From NCBI RefSeq assembly GCF_037042905.1, contig NC_087245.1, positions 40,922,001 to 40,986,000 of the forward strand: a DNA stretch of 64,000 nucleotides, given 5' to 3'. Positions 39,333 to 52,902 of the stretch are shown one piece after another. The notes under the pieces were generated by a model. The model saw only the letters and a program-made list of their open reading frames with translations, was not told the origin of the DNA and searched no databases. The position numbers and the translations under genes are program-made. This DNA comes from Lytechinus pictus. Lineage: Eukaryota. Positions within the stretch are counted from its first letter, which is position 1. The number at the start of each line of letters is the position of its first letter.

Positions 39333-39831
39333 CTGCCACAAAAGAATCAGAGAGAGAGAGAGAGAGAGAGATAAACTCATTAACAACTGTCCTGGTGGGG
39401 ACATGTCTATGGTAAAAACCAGTCTTTTACCTCACATATGAAAGAAATTACATTATAGAGTACCGAAGTGTGATTTCATGATGTCATGACAACGAACCGG
39501 CTGGTTCTAAACTGAGTCGCAGCTGCACGATCGTCTATACACATTTGTTTTTGCAAAAACGGTGATGTGTTTTGACCCTGGTTGTTACCATCATTCTGAG
39601 AGTCATAACAGCTAAGGCGCCGTTTCATAAGCTGTTCGTACATGTAGTAAGATAAGAGCGACTCTAAGAAAGACTGGTGATCCTTTCTTGTGGTAAATGG
39701 TATAATAAATTGGCGAAGGTTAAGAGAGGATCACCAGTCGTTCTTAAGGTCGCTCCTAACTTACGAACAGCTTTATGAAACGGCCCCCGGGTTCATTATT
39801 TTGTTTAGAACCGGGCTGCCTTGACACCATG

Positions 39832-40262
39832 CAGACCTGCCAACCTCTAGGAATGAAAAACTGTATTCTGTGATTTAAAAAAATTTATTTTTCCCCAAAA
39901 AAGTGTATTTCATAATAAAATGCTTGGCGCACTCGCTCATCGCGGCGCTCAAGCTGCATGCAGGCTAAAATGCACACTGCTATTGCAGATTTTAAAAAAA
40001 CCATTAAAACATGTGTATATCTTCACACTGGTTTTAACAAAATGATTGAAAAAAAAAGTTACCTGAAATTACATTGATCTATTAACCATATTTGTGTACG
40101 TTTTATGAAATAGAGACATATAGAGATTATGTTTCTCAATAAATTACGATTTTTTTTTTTTTTTTTTACAAAAAACGTATTTTTCAAAGAAAAAACGTAC
40201 TGCCCTATTTTGGTTGCAAAAACAAACTAAATACGGCTAAAACGTACTGGTTGGCAGGTCTG
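39832..40262. mobile_element. Non-autonomous DNA transposon
   Basis: Perfect 14-bp TIR CAGACCTGCCAACC/GGTTGGCAGGTCTG; direct repeat CACCATG at 39825-39831 and 40263-40269. Confidence 0.75.
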
Positions 40263-40500
40263 CACCATGGCAACTGATGTCATCACTTCGGTACTCGATG
40301 CTAGAACCTGTCTATACAGGCTACCTGTCTCCAATGGCCAATTAAAATTCCATTTCCCTTGGAAGGCCTTTACAGGTTTGCCTGCATTTGTATATTCTAC
40401 ATTAAATATTGGACGATTCCATGCTAGAAAAATCAGCTATCTTCGCAACATTTTTCAACCTATTGTCCAAACAAACGAAGAACTTCTATTTGTTTTGTGG

Positions 40501-40715
40501 TAATTATAGAGTACTACTGGGTAGACATATGAAAAAATGACAACCAACAAAAATATACTGTCCATGGGTGAATTAGAGGTGAAAATGTTGCGTGTCGTAC
40601 GGGACATTTTTTAGTCCCGTACGACACACAACATTTTCGCCCTTAATTCAGCCATAATCAAATATTTTTGTTGGTAGTCAGTTTTTCACATGACTACCCA
40701 CTATAACCTTATTAT
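40501..40715. repeat. ~200-bp imperfect palindrome (fold-back element)
   Basis: Centre gtgtcgtacgggac-attttttа-gtcccgtacgacac; arms pair outwards with mismatches. Confidence 0.7.
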
Positions 40716-41139
40716 TGACCAAAAATAATTTTTCATTGCTCAAGCAATCAGCTAAGAGACTAGAAATTGTTGACAAAATGTCCCGTACGACATGTATGGA
40801 ATCGCCTTATTGACTCCAGGATTTGTAGACCATGATTTGAAAAAGTTGTGATTTGCAGTGATGTCACTAATACAGACAATGAAGCAAAAAAAATAATAAA
40901 AAAAACGTAAAAATTAAATACATTTCATGTAACTGGACGAGGAATAGTGGTTTCTTTAGACCAAGAGACTTTTCAGTATGGCCAGGAGGGCAAGACAAAT
41001 CTCACCTATCATATAGACTGATATATAAATTAAAAATTGGATAAACCCATATTCATAAATGGGAGAGGACATGAATAAATTGAAAACTAAAACTAAAATA
41101 AATGTTACATATTATACGTCTATGTGTCTTTCATATTAA

Positions 41140-41733
41140 AGGACAAGGCCACCCCAACAAAAAGTTGATTTTAATAAAAAGAGAAAAATCCAACAAGCAT
41201 AACACTGAAAATTTCATCAAAATTGGATGTAAAATAAGAAAGTTATGACATTTTAATGTTTCGCTTAATTTCACAAAACAGTTATACGCACATCTTGGTT
41301 GGTATGCAAATGAGGAGACTGATGACGTCATCCACTCACTATTTCTTTTGTACTTTATTATATGATTATATGAAATATTCTAATTTTCTCCTCATTGTCA
41401 AGTGAAACAACGATTAATTCCTCCCTGAACACGTGGAATTAGCATTGCTTAATATTACATGGTTCAGTCTAAGTTGTAAAAGATGAAATATTATAATAAT
41501 TCAAACAATAAAAAACAAAGAAATAGTGAGTGATGGACATCATCGACTGACTCATTTGCATGTCACTGAGTTGTGCATATCACTGTTTTGTGAAAAATTT
41601 AATCAAAACTTTAAAATGCCATAACTTTCTTATTTTACATCCGATTTTGATGAAATTTTCAGCGACAGCGTTATGCTAGTTTGATTTTTCTCTACTTATT
41701 CATATCAACATTTTTCTGGGGTGAACTTGTCCT
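41140..41733. mobile_element. TTAA-flanked MITE, family C copy 2
   Basis: Inverted homologue of 16369-16970; TTAA on both sides. Confidence 0.85.
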
Positions 41734-44604
41734 TTAAAACCTTGATCCGTATGACAAACTTCCTCAATATCCATAATGGCCTTGTTTAACATTTTAGAGA
41801 TGATACCACAACATATTGACAAATAAACAAATATTAAAGGAACTTGGAACAGAAAATAAGCTTGAAAATGAAAGTGTGTTTTTTTTTAATAGTCTAGTAC
41901 ACAAACTGAAAGCAAATTGATTTTTTTTTTCAAACAATAGTCACCAAAGCAAGCAACCTGATGAGTATGACTCAAATTGTTTTCATGAAAATCAGTCACT
42001 TTCAATGAGGGAGCAATCACAATGTCCAGGGCAAATTTTTTTTTTTTTTAAATAAACCAATTCGAGCTTATACTCTGAAACAGAAGAAAGCTTGCAACCA
42101 AAGACTACTATAGATCAAAAGCCTGCCTGGATAATCCCCATAGTAGTATGGATACGCTTTTCAGACCAGGGCTATTCATTGAAAGCCTAAGCCCCTGACA
42201 GCAACAGTTTTCTATTCTCCTAACTTCTATTCTTTCTTTTTGCCAGTGCATCTGATTCATGGAAACTGTACTGTGGTCACCGAATACACCAACACACGCT
42301 AATGATACATGGAGAAATCAGCTTTGCTCTCTGGCATTAACTACTTGAGATTTTACAGAAATAAGCGTATACAGTTAATCATTCAGGAGAGGAGGCCACA
42401 TTATATGTCAACATAATCAGATCTTTCAATGAATTGCTTACATATAATTTATTATCAAATTAAAACGTTTTAAGTTGTAGATAATTGACACTGTATATGA
42501 GTGTCTGCCATATAACAATTTTGTCCAAATCAGAAAATGAAACTACATTAATGATCAACTCGTTTCTATTGAACTACCAAAAGGAAGGTGCATGACTCTT
42601 CAAATATATACAAAAACTTAAAGAAAATAATACAGATGGTGCAAACATGACATGTAAACATTTTTATTCAGGAGTATCTAAAAGGGAACTGTGGAGGATG
42701 GACCTTCAAGGTTCAATTTTGGCATATGAGGTTAAAAATGAATTTTATTTCATTATTTCATTGATTAAAAAAAAAGAATTTTCAAGAGTCATAATAAAGT
42801 TTGAAATCAAAACTTTGTATAAATTTCATTTCATTCAATTTTTCTGTTACTAAATGTAACTATACACGAAGATCTGAGATTGCCAAACACACACAAGCAC
42901 ACCCACACACAAATACAAAACTGAATTCTCATAAAATGATATTTCATTATCACTGTTTTTTTTTTAGGGGGAAGGTGGTAATTCTACCGATGTGACATAA
43001 AAATGTTTGAAAGAAACCACTGTTGCCTTGACTTGGCACGAGATTGCCAAGAGCCATGTATTATGTGGGGATCGGCTGTTATGCTTGCATGAGATATTTT
43101 AAGTTTTAAGGGGGCAAGGAAGACCCTCTTGTAATGACAGAGTCTCAATCAATCGGGATACTTAACATCTCCTTCTTCAGTCTGATACATAGATCTACAA
43201 ACCCCCAGCCTTTATACAGCTTAATTAAGCAAACATCCACTTTATACCAAGTGTGTACATGAAGCAAACAAATGAATACCAGCCTTTCAAAGGACCACTT
43301 ACCCTACACAAGTATTCAGTAAACTTCTACAACAAATAAATCTTGCTACTTTAATGGCAAACAACTAGTCTAGCCCCCTTGTTGTGGTAACAAACTGTGC
43401 ATTTTAATTGCATTTGGTCAATATAAATGTATCAAATTTAATGATTTTTTTTATCACAGCTTGTATGAAAATTTGGAAAACCTAAGAATAATTATTTTCT
43501 TCAAAGGTTGATCTAATTGTCAGATTTAGTTTTTAAAAGTTAATCACAACTCAGTTACTGTGTGGAAGATGCAAAATAAGATCAGGTGGGTGTTTCATAA
43601 AGCTGTTTGTAAGTTAAGAGCTACTTTAAGAATGACTGGTGATCCTCTCCTGTGGTAAATGGTGTGCACCAAAATGTTCATTGGCGATGGTTTAGCGCGT
43701 AAAGACCCACCAGCTTTATAAAACGGCTCCCTGATATTTGAATAAAAATGTCTCAATTAAGTGAATTAACCAACTTGGGGCCTGAACAAAAATGAAAATA
43801 TATGCAGTTTCCCATGATGGGTGTAAATCAAGTTCTCTCTAATGTCCAGAATGAGACAAAGCTATAGGCCTAAAGCCATCACTACATGTTGGAAGGAAAT
43901 TTATTAAATAAAAACAAAATAATAAAAGCATTACAGGGACTTTCTTTTGAGTTTATTGAATTTACATAGCAGGGCATAGTATGCATATAACTCATGTTTC
44001 TTTTTGAGGTAAAACATAATAAGCATGTGTTTGGAAAATAAAGAGCAAAGTACACAAAGGTGATAAGAGCTACATAATGATCTATTTTGGACACTGACAC
44101 TCTTACATTTCAAACTATTTTGTACTCCTTTTATGTACACTGCAATCATCAAATCAATCAAAGCTCCATCACCATCACCAAAATAATGTGCATCATTGTC
44201 ATCATCATCATCATCGTCGTCGTCATCATTATCATAATCATCATCATCACCATAATCGTCATCACCATTAAAGGAGTTTGTACCCCAGGCTAAAAAATTT
44301 ATGATTTGAAAATAAAATAAAATCACAAATAAAAAGTAATGAAACTTTTATCACAAGTTTTTATCACTAAAATCTGCCTTTACAACTGCAACCATAAGCT
44401 TCTTCTTTCCAAAGCAACTTACACATTTTATTCACACTATTTTTATCATTAACCCATGATTATTGGCAAATAATATAACGTGTTAAAGGGAAATTTCACC
44501 CTTATGTTAGTTTGAATAAAAGAAGAACCATTCTCAAGAGAAAAAAAATATTGGGGAAGGGGTAATAGAATTCTACCGATATAGCCTAGGTTAAAAATCT
44601 TTAA

Positions 44605-45162
44605 AGGAAAATGAAACCTTTCGAACGAGATACATGTAGCTTGTGTGAAAACAGAAAAATCAAAGAAACAGATCAAATGAAAATTTGAGAAAAATTGAAT
44701 AAATAATAAGAAAGTTATGAGCATTGGCAATGCGACAAAGATGTGTGATAGCACATGTGAACAACTTTCCCATTACTTTTGTATATTTCACTAAAACTGC
44801 CTCTTTTTCACATCTCTCAGTATATCATTATATATTCTTTCTATAGGAGGGCATGAAATACAGATTTTCAAAGAATACATTTATGGATAAAGAGTTTGCA
44901 TCACCATAAGAAAGAGCAAAAAGAGACATTTGGGGGGTATTTTATAGTCCATCACAGGGAAAGTTTTTCACATGTGACATCACACATATTTGTCGCATTG
45001 CCAATGGGAGGATCTCCATAGCATTAGTGATCACAATATTCAAATGCTCATACTAGTAACTTTCTCATTATTTGTCTGATCTTTCTCAAACTTTATTTGA
45101 TATTATTCTTTGATTTTTCTCTTTCCACACAAGCCCACTTGTTCCATAGGTTTCATTCCCCT
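44605..45162. mobile_element. TTAA-flanked MITE, family D
   Basis: ttaa|AGGAAAATGAAACC..GGTTTCATTCCCCT|ttaa. Confidence 0.8.
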
Positions 45163-45282
45163 TTAAGTTTTGATTTTGTGACTAATGTCAAACACGGATT
45201 GTTCTGCTTTTACCAAAACCATCATATCGCCAGGGTGAGCTTCCCCTTTCACACTTTTGTTGTCAGTTGTGAAGTTACTTAC

Positions 45283-45492
45283 CAGTGTGAACAGGGTGCA
45301 CACAACACACATGCCAGCAAACACTGCGATAAAGATGTGAACTTTGTGATGATCCTCATCGGTGAAGAGGGGGTTCTTGCATTGGATACCGCACCCCTCT
45401 ACGTTCTCATACCAGCTCTTCGCATTGTCAGTCTCCACCAGAGGCGGCTCGCACCCACCTGTTAAGTTGAACGTCACTGCCTTGTAGGTGTT
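45283..45492 (-). CDS. smo: Smoothened coding exon 2 (linker domain, TM1)
   Basis: NTYKAVTFNLTGGCEPPLVETDNAKSWYENVEGCGIQCKNPLFT..CTLFTL; cccttag acceptor, gtaagt donor; 210 nt. Confidence 0.96.
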
Positions 45493-45529
45493 CTAAGGGA
45501 AATATGAGTGGCATAAAATACATTATCTA

Positions 45530-45785
45530 TGAAACAGAGGGTCGTGGGTTCGAATCCCAGCCATGGCGTAATTTCCTTCAGCAAGAAATTTATCCACACT
45601 GTGCTGCACTCAACCCAGGTGAGATGAATGGGTACCCGGTAGGAAGAAATTCCTTGAATGCTTTGAGCGCCTAGGCAGCCCAGCTAAAGCCGGGGTAATA
45701 ATAATAGCAGGGCCCGCTGGGAGAACAGTTTTCGGAACTGAAGCGGCTTCCCTGGGTAAATATACCTGTATTATTATTATTATTA
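45530..45785 (+). mobile_element. 5'-truncated tRNA-derived SINE
   Basis: Matches 2748-2966 including the tail; (TTA)n end. Confidence 0.85.
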
Positions 45786-45834
45786 TGATTTTATTTCATT
45801 TCTGCATTCATGATGAATATGCAACATAAAATCG

Positions 45835-46436
45835 GGGGGGGGGGGGGGGAGGGGGGCGACTTCCATTGGCGAGTGGATACCATGCGTGAACGTGGGGTTC
45901 CGAAAAGCACCCTAAACAAGTATTTTCCATGTTCTGAAAATGCACACTTTAACAAGTATTGACGTGTGAAGTCCTACCCTGAACAAGTATTGCAAAAAAA
46001 TTTGTATTCTTAACAAGTATTCTCTTACTTTGACACCCTAAACAAGTACATCGATAATAGTTGAACAGCCCCAGCATTAGCAGCAATCTTTTTTCTAGAA
46101 TGTGTATGGACATTAGGGTTGCAATTACATCAGAGAAGCTGGGTAGTACGTACAGCCCGGCCCATCTCCTGTAGGACCCTAAACATGCAGTGTTGGTGCA
46201 AAAAGTACATGTATCCTTTATACATGTAAAGTATTATAATCATTATAAATACCCTTGCAATTAGACCAAAAACATAGCTTTCCTAGCGAAATAGATACCC
46301 TTTTTACATTATTTAAGCGTTTTTGACACCCTTACTACGTTACGTACGTAATGTGCCCTATCTTAAAAAAGAGACCCTTTTACGTGTTTCTTTGGTCGCG
46401 CGTGTTATCCACTCATCAATGGAAGTGTCCCCCGGG
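45835..46436. mobile_element. Non-autonomous DNA element with G-run termini
   Basis: TIR acttccattggcgagtggatac / gttatccactcatcaatggaagt; internal aacaagta repeats. Confidence 0.6.
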
Positions 46437-47740
46437 AACATAACACATACATGTAGGTACTACAAAACAATAACACAATAGTCATAATTTAAGCAATGAA
46501 AAATAAATATTAACAAAATGCATTATTCACTTTTAAAAGAAAATATCATACATGTACAATGTTGTTTAAAAGAATCCAGGAGACCATCATCATGACCGAT
46601 TATGCTTGAAAATGATGGCGGCCTTGTAAAATGGTACATAAATGCCCTTCTCCATTGATCTACATGTAGTGGGTGCAATGCTGTGCAGAACAGGGCAGTT
46701 GGAATATTATCTTGAAGAGGGGGTGCATATGATTCTATGAAGTTATAATAGTAGCTTTCAATGAGTATATTGTTGAATATGACTACTGTCTGGAAAATTG
46801 TTCAAAATATCAGGACCATAATAATGTCGAATTGAATTATTTAATAATAAATTGGGGTTGGTGAGATGGAGGTTTCCTGATGTGCGGGTAGGGCAGGAAT
46901 GAACAGACCTTTTATTAAAACCTAAACATATTATTAAAGGACGGAGGAAGTTGATTATTATTAAAATATTAAAATATAGATAGCTACTTGAATCATATTG
47001 ATAAGAAGCCATCAAGGAATACATAAAAGACAGATTACAGATATCTCGGAAAATTATTCAGGTAGCATTTTACCCAACCACTAACCTAGGAAAGTTATGT
47101 ATTTATCTATTATGCATTGGTCACTTGTACTTCTTTACACCCATGCAACTCAACTCCAATAAATCTTTGAGATCTATATGTAATACAACAAACTCTTGAA
47201 AAGGGAAGGAGGAAACATCTGAATTTAATTCAGTTTCTTTGAATTAAAAAAAGACTTTAATTTATAAGGGACTCCAAGTGGAGTTTCACCACTCTTCATT
47301 GATCAGATTTAATTGTTTAGTCTAATGGTGCAGTTACACCTCCCCCACTGTGGCTGTACATCAAGTACAAAACAGCCATTTAAATGTTTGTATGAGCTAC
47401 ATGTATGTGTAGTATAAAAGGTGTATAGAAAGTATAGAAGGTATGGTTCATATAGAAATATGTAATTAACAGCTGTTTTTTTTACTTGCTGTGCCACCAT
47501 TGTAGGTTGTAAGAAAGTCGATTGGTGACCATAAAGGTAGCACGTCATCACACAACCTGGAGACACAGGCACTGTACATGTACATGTACCTTTAGTCAGG
47601 GATGCCACTTAGGCTGATCATCTAGAATGACCCTTTTCCTACATGAAAAAAGGTGTCTTTCATGGCCCAAAAATATGTTGAAAAAGTCAATTCAAACTTA
47701 TAGTCTGAACAGTGGCATAACTACGGAGTAGAAAACTCAC

Positions 47741-48217
47741 CGGCTCACTACATTCTCTGGGCATGTGCTCTTCGTTGCACTGCAGGAAGTGCGGCCAGCC
47801 TCTTTCAAGTTCCACAATCCTACAAGGGGACTGGACGACGGTGCACATGTCAAAGCTGGGCAGCTCCACCCGCCCGTCCTCGCACTTTGGCATGTAGACG
47901 GCGCAGAGCAGTGGCTGGACGACCTCCCAGCACTTTGGGACGTTCCGAAGACCCTTCCACATGACGAGCCTTTCGTTGACCTCCTGGATGGTCGTGGAGT
48001 CGTTGGCAAGGGACAGGGAGATGAGGGTGTGGGAGATCTCTGTCCCGAGGCACTGTGTCATGTTGGCAGGGAGGGGCGTGCAGGCAGCGGAACGGGTGCA
48101 GTCGCTGCTTGTGGTGATTGAGAAGTTGACAGACAGCTGGGCATGGACCACATGGCTCAGGAGGAGCAGAACAAAACCTGACCACAAATTTATCTTTGAA
48201 CCCGGTGATCCATCCAT
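47741..48217 (-). CDS. smo: Smoothened coding exon 1 (ATG, signal peptide, cysteine-rich domain)
   Basis: Translation MDGSPG..hydrophobic leader..CLGTEI..LANDS..WKGLRNVPKCWEVVQPLLCAVYMPKC..CRIVELERGWPHFLQC matches the Smo CRD. Acceptor at 48265-48266 (exon starts 48264), donor GTGAGT after 47741, 477 nt, phase 0. Confidence 0.96.
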
Positions 48218-48332
48218 TGCACCTGCGATGATCCGCTTTGTATAGTTGCCCTTTTCTACAGTACCTGAGGTAAAATGTGAAAATTTTTAATAAATTTAAA
48301 AGGCCTTCCACGGATCATTGATTATGACATCT

Positions 48333-48605
48333 GGGCCCTGTCTTGCAAAGAGTTACGATTGATCCAATCAATCGTAACTCTTATGGAAATCCATCAGTGT
48401 CATAATTTTTTCTACAGGAAATTTGCACAATGTCCTTTGTAAACAAAGAGAAGTGCGGTGCATTTTCAAGAAAACAATGAATGCACGAATACACATTATA
48501 GCTAGAATATATTTTAAACAAACGTGCATGATAGATGTTGACGTTGCTGGCTGTCCATAGTTGTGATTGATCGGATCAATTGCAACTCTTTGTAAGACAG
48601 GGCCC
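48333..48605. mobile_element. GGGCCC-terminus MITE, copy 2
   Basis: Homologous to 9632-9905. Confidence 0.8.
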
Positions 48606-48833
48606 TTGTTTTCTATGCACAAACTACATGTAGGACCGCACATCATTTTCCTTTGGAAACAATTTTAAATTCCAGATCGTTTTATTCACCACCTTAAAAA
48701 TCCTGTATTTCCAAGTTTGAATATTGTTTCAGGTTATTACTTCAAATTACTTGATTGAAAGTCACGGAAAATGATTTTGTAGGCTACGACAAACATGTTC
48801 AAGTATACACAAACTCCCTTCTTTGAGGGCCCT

Positions 48834-48935
48834 ACAGTATCTTTCCCAGATCTAGGTAAGGTGGCTTCCCACAGGGAAGATGAAGACATCTTCCCTGTGG
48901 GAAGGCACCTTACCTAGATCTGGGAAAGATACTGT
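48834..48935. repeat. Near-perfect inverted repeat (49-bp arms, 4-nt loop)
   Basis: Arms 48834-48882 and 48887-48935, one mismatch. Confidence 0.97.
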
Positions 48936-49556
48936 TCTTCACTGAGGTTGATGGATCTGATCTGACAACCTGCCTTGGTTTTGATCTGCTGAGAAGCAAT
49001 GTTGTCTTTCTTTAAGTACAGGGTAGGAAATAATTCTTATTTCTAAATTCTAGGGGCTATTTTTCTTTTCCACATTGGGGCAATTGCAAATGTATTTCGT
49101 TCATTTGAAAGGCTGCTTCTTATGGGTAAAAAGTAATTGTGCAGTAAAAGGAAATATTATTCTTCTACCAGTAAGAATATTTATTTTCAAAATAATATGC
49201 AATATTGTTTGGAACAGACCTTGGGGCGGCTCTAAAAAGAATGGTCGCCTCAAAACGTGCATTTTGGGGGGAATTTTAGGGGCGATTTCGGCTGTCATGA
49301 GGGCAAAATCACCCGTCACCCTCATGTATTTCATATTCTGTTTTAGTAAGGATGTCAGGCTTTGTCTAATACATGATAAAATTCCTTAATGGACCTCTCC
49401 CCTACATGTACATGTATATTGCTGAAGGAGAAGTGCTTTTCTAAATTCAGTGGGGGTTTTCCGACCTAACTTCTTTTGCAAAATTTGGTTAGAAATTACA
49501 AAATTACAGTTCAACCTCGTCTTTATACCATGCATGTTTCCATAAAATATTGTAGG

Positions 49557-49605
<49 letters not shown>

Positions 49606-50210
49606 TGCATGTATATATATATCATATATATATATATATATTATATATATGCCAGAATTCCAGTTTAATTTAGTAAAATATGAACCATAATTTTCCATAA
49701 AAAATCATCTTTTACCAAGAAACTGGACGTTTTTATGAACATCTGATACAATACAAGTAACCAACAGTGCAATTAGGCTTTACTCTTGTCATCCTTTACA
49801 AGCTTGTTGGAGCTCCATTCTTTAAAATTGATCTTGAAATTAATTTATCAAAAGGAAAATAACTCCCTACAGAGAATATGGATGGATGCAATTATGAAAA
49901 TACCAGTACATATATGGTCAAGAAAGTACATACATGTATTTCACACTCACAAGTCAAACTTTTAATTGTACTAAATAATGGCAAGCAACAATTTGTTTAC
50001 ATATATGTTTGATTTCTTATTTCAGCTTCAACCTTGTTGTTATGTTATTAAAGCGGAAAACAAAAGATAACACAGATGTGGTAAGAGAGAGAGAGAGAGA
50101 ATCAGAGAAGAGGTGATCAATAAATTCATGTAGTTTTCAAATTCAAGATTTCATTTAAAGAATGGTCTATTGAATGGGAAACGAAGACATTTTTTTATGG
50201 CTGCCATTAA

Positions 50211-50800
50211 AGGGATGGTCCAGTCTGAAGATATTAACCCTATATATCTCAATAAATAGAGTAAAATTCACAGAGCAAAATGCTGAAAATTTGATCAAAA
50301 TCGGATATAAAAACAAATAACAAAGTTAAAGAATTTTAAAGATTTGCATTATTCTGGTGCAACAGTTCTAGGCATGTCTTCATGAATATTCATTAGGTGG
50401 GCTGATGATGTCATATCCCAACTTGTTCTTTTGTATTTTATTATATGAAATTAGGTTTATTCAAAATTTTACAACCAAGAACTAAAACAATTGGATTGAC
50501 AATATTAGTTATTTATTGCCGCAACTTATTTCATCATAATGGAGACACATTATTTACACATGTATGAAAAATGAAACAATTTCATGTAATAACATAAGAA
50601 AAAGGAAAGTGGGGATGTGACATCATCAGCCCACCAAATGAATATTCAGGACAATGTGCATATAACTGTTTCCACAAAATAGTAATAAACTTTAAAATTC
50701 AATAACTTCGTTATTTGTTCATCCGATTTTGATGACATTTTCAGCATATTGCTCTGTGATTTTTAATAGATTTTACATATTTTCAGCCCGGACCATCCCT
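50211..50800. mobile_element. TTAA-flanked MITE, family A copy 2
   Basis: ttaa|AGGGATGGTCC..GGACCATCCCT|ttaa; internal similarity to 4389-4993. Confidence 0.8.
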
Positions 50801-50891
50801 TTAAACTTAATAAACAACACAAATTAACACAGACACAATGATAACCTTACAAATTAGTAATGAAACTTCTAATTTATAATAGGCCTGAATG

Positions 50892-51340
50892 TAGACCAAA
50901 AGCTTTGGTCTCTGTTATGTTGGTTGTTCAGCTGAACTCCGTTGGCTTCACTCACCAAATACAGAAACCGAAGTTCTAGCGCGATCGGTACAGGGGACTC
51001 AATGGCCATATGTTTATGTGTATTAAGTTCGGATAAAACAGGGCAGTGAAGTTGTGCGACAGCCGAGGTAAGTCACTGTTTTTGTTCCTTTTAACTTGAT
51101 TTTCCCCGTTTTTTGGCAATTAATGCCAAGAGGGAATATTAATTTGCATTTCGGTCGCGTTAATTTTCAAATGTTTGATTCATTAAAGACAAAAATTGAA
51201 GAGCCCCGACGGGGGGATTTTGAATTGCAAGTCCCCTAATGGTGGCTGCACGATAGCGAGCCGTCTGTGTATGAGGAGAAATTAAGAAAATATAAAAAAT
51301 GTTAAAAAACTCCTCGATACAGACGGCTGCCAGCTGTCTA
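50892..51340. repeat. Dispersed ~460-bp repeat, copy 2
   Basis: Matches 19813-20275. Confidence 0.85.
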
Positions 51341-52111
51341 GCCTGAATGAAGCTTTCCCTAGTTTTAATAATCTATGCATAGATTTTTAAGTTGGAACTT
51401 TGAGTAAACAAATGTCACAAATACTGTTTTTTCTTTGTGGTCAAGACTATTTCTTAAAAAGTTGAATGGAATAAAAAATCAAATATTCCATATTTTGTTC
51501 AATAGAAAACAATGCGTGACTGACATTTAATTCTGACGAAGTTAGCAGGGTGATAATTTATTCTTGAATTCAGATTCAGAAATGAGGAACTTCATGTAGA
51601 ACATTTGATTTATATAAAACTGATCAAATTCGAAGGCTTCAAAGTTCAAGTATTAAACATGCAAATTAATGTCTTAACTTTAACTTAAAAGAATATTAAT
51701 TCAGTTGACATTGGTCTGTAAAAGGAAAAACAGTAAGAACTCAATCTACAGAGGGTATTTGCTAAGTCGGTTTTTCCAAAGTCAGGATTTTTACCAAATT
51801 GAATCCCTGTGGCTGTGCAGCAACTCATTCTCTTCAAACAAACAGCTCAGCTCCACAACAGCAAACCAACGTTAATGGGCCTCACACACACACATACACA
51901 TTTCGGATTTGCGTGTAGTTTCAATGCAGACAGATATATGGAAAAGGTGCCTACCAAAAATATAGTACCGTACCGTACTCCAATGCAATACGGATTGCAT
52001 CTCACACATCTTACTCTCTCACATTCAAAGATGTATCGGAGTAATTCTTGTAAACTTTAATAACTCAGGTTTATCTGTAACTGGCCAAAATTAGAGTAAT
52101 CTATCACTTAC

Positions 52112-52138
52112 CTATCCAACATCAGTCAATCATGATGC
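52112..52138 (-). other. smo: Candidate smo 5'-UTR exon (27 nt, or the 3' part of a longer first exon)
   Basis: Perfect AG|GTAAGT donor at 52112 and ttttgtattttcag acceptor at 52139-52140. CpG-richer sequence at ~52190-52370 and another AG|GTAGGT donor at 57071 are candidate upstream starts. The coding exon begins with an acceptor, so an upstream exon is required. Confidence 0.45.
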
Positions 52139-52789
52139 CTGAAAATACAAAATAAACGTCTTTCCCGGAATGGGACCATGATAAACACTCGCAGAGATTC
52201 TCGTGTTTTAATTTCGGAGGCGAAAGTTCGTGTACAGTGCATGTGTACGTGTGTAGCTTTCATATGTGGAACTTTGAGTGAAGAGTTTCAAGGTTTTCTT
52301 TCGAGTCGACTAGTCTGCTGGTGTACTGGTACGGTCTCCGCTGGAGTGTAACGACATATGGCGATGAGGGCCAATTTTTTTTAAAATAAAGAATGTATTA
52401 TAGTAAATATTCACTTCCCCATAATGTATTGAGCTGATGAGGGGCAGAACATGGATTATAATATGCATATGGGATAAAATGTGCCAGACAGCGCGAAGCG
52501 AGCGATCGAGCAGACAGTTTCACCTCAAGATAATTTTATCTTTTTTTTCTATGGACATGATGGAACTTTTAAATGGGGCCCATGATCGAATCAGTTCAAA
52601 TTGAGCAAAGCACTTTACTAGTATAACTGATATAATGAAATGAATTTTTGTTTAATGAATACTTAATTCAGATCCTCAAAAGTATTTCAGTTAAAAATTA
52701 AACGCATAATGAATATTTGAATAGTTCTTAAGGCAAGTCTTTCTGGAATGTTTGGATATATGATCATATATATATGTATATATATGATC

Positions 52790-52840
<51 letters not shown>

Positions 52841-52902
52841 CATAATTATATATGTATATATATATATATATAAGAATATATATATATATATATGATCATA
52901 TA

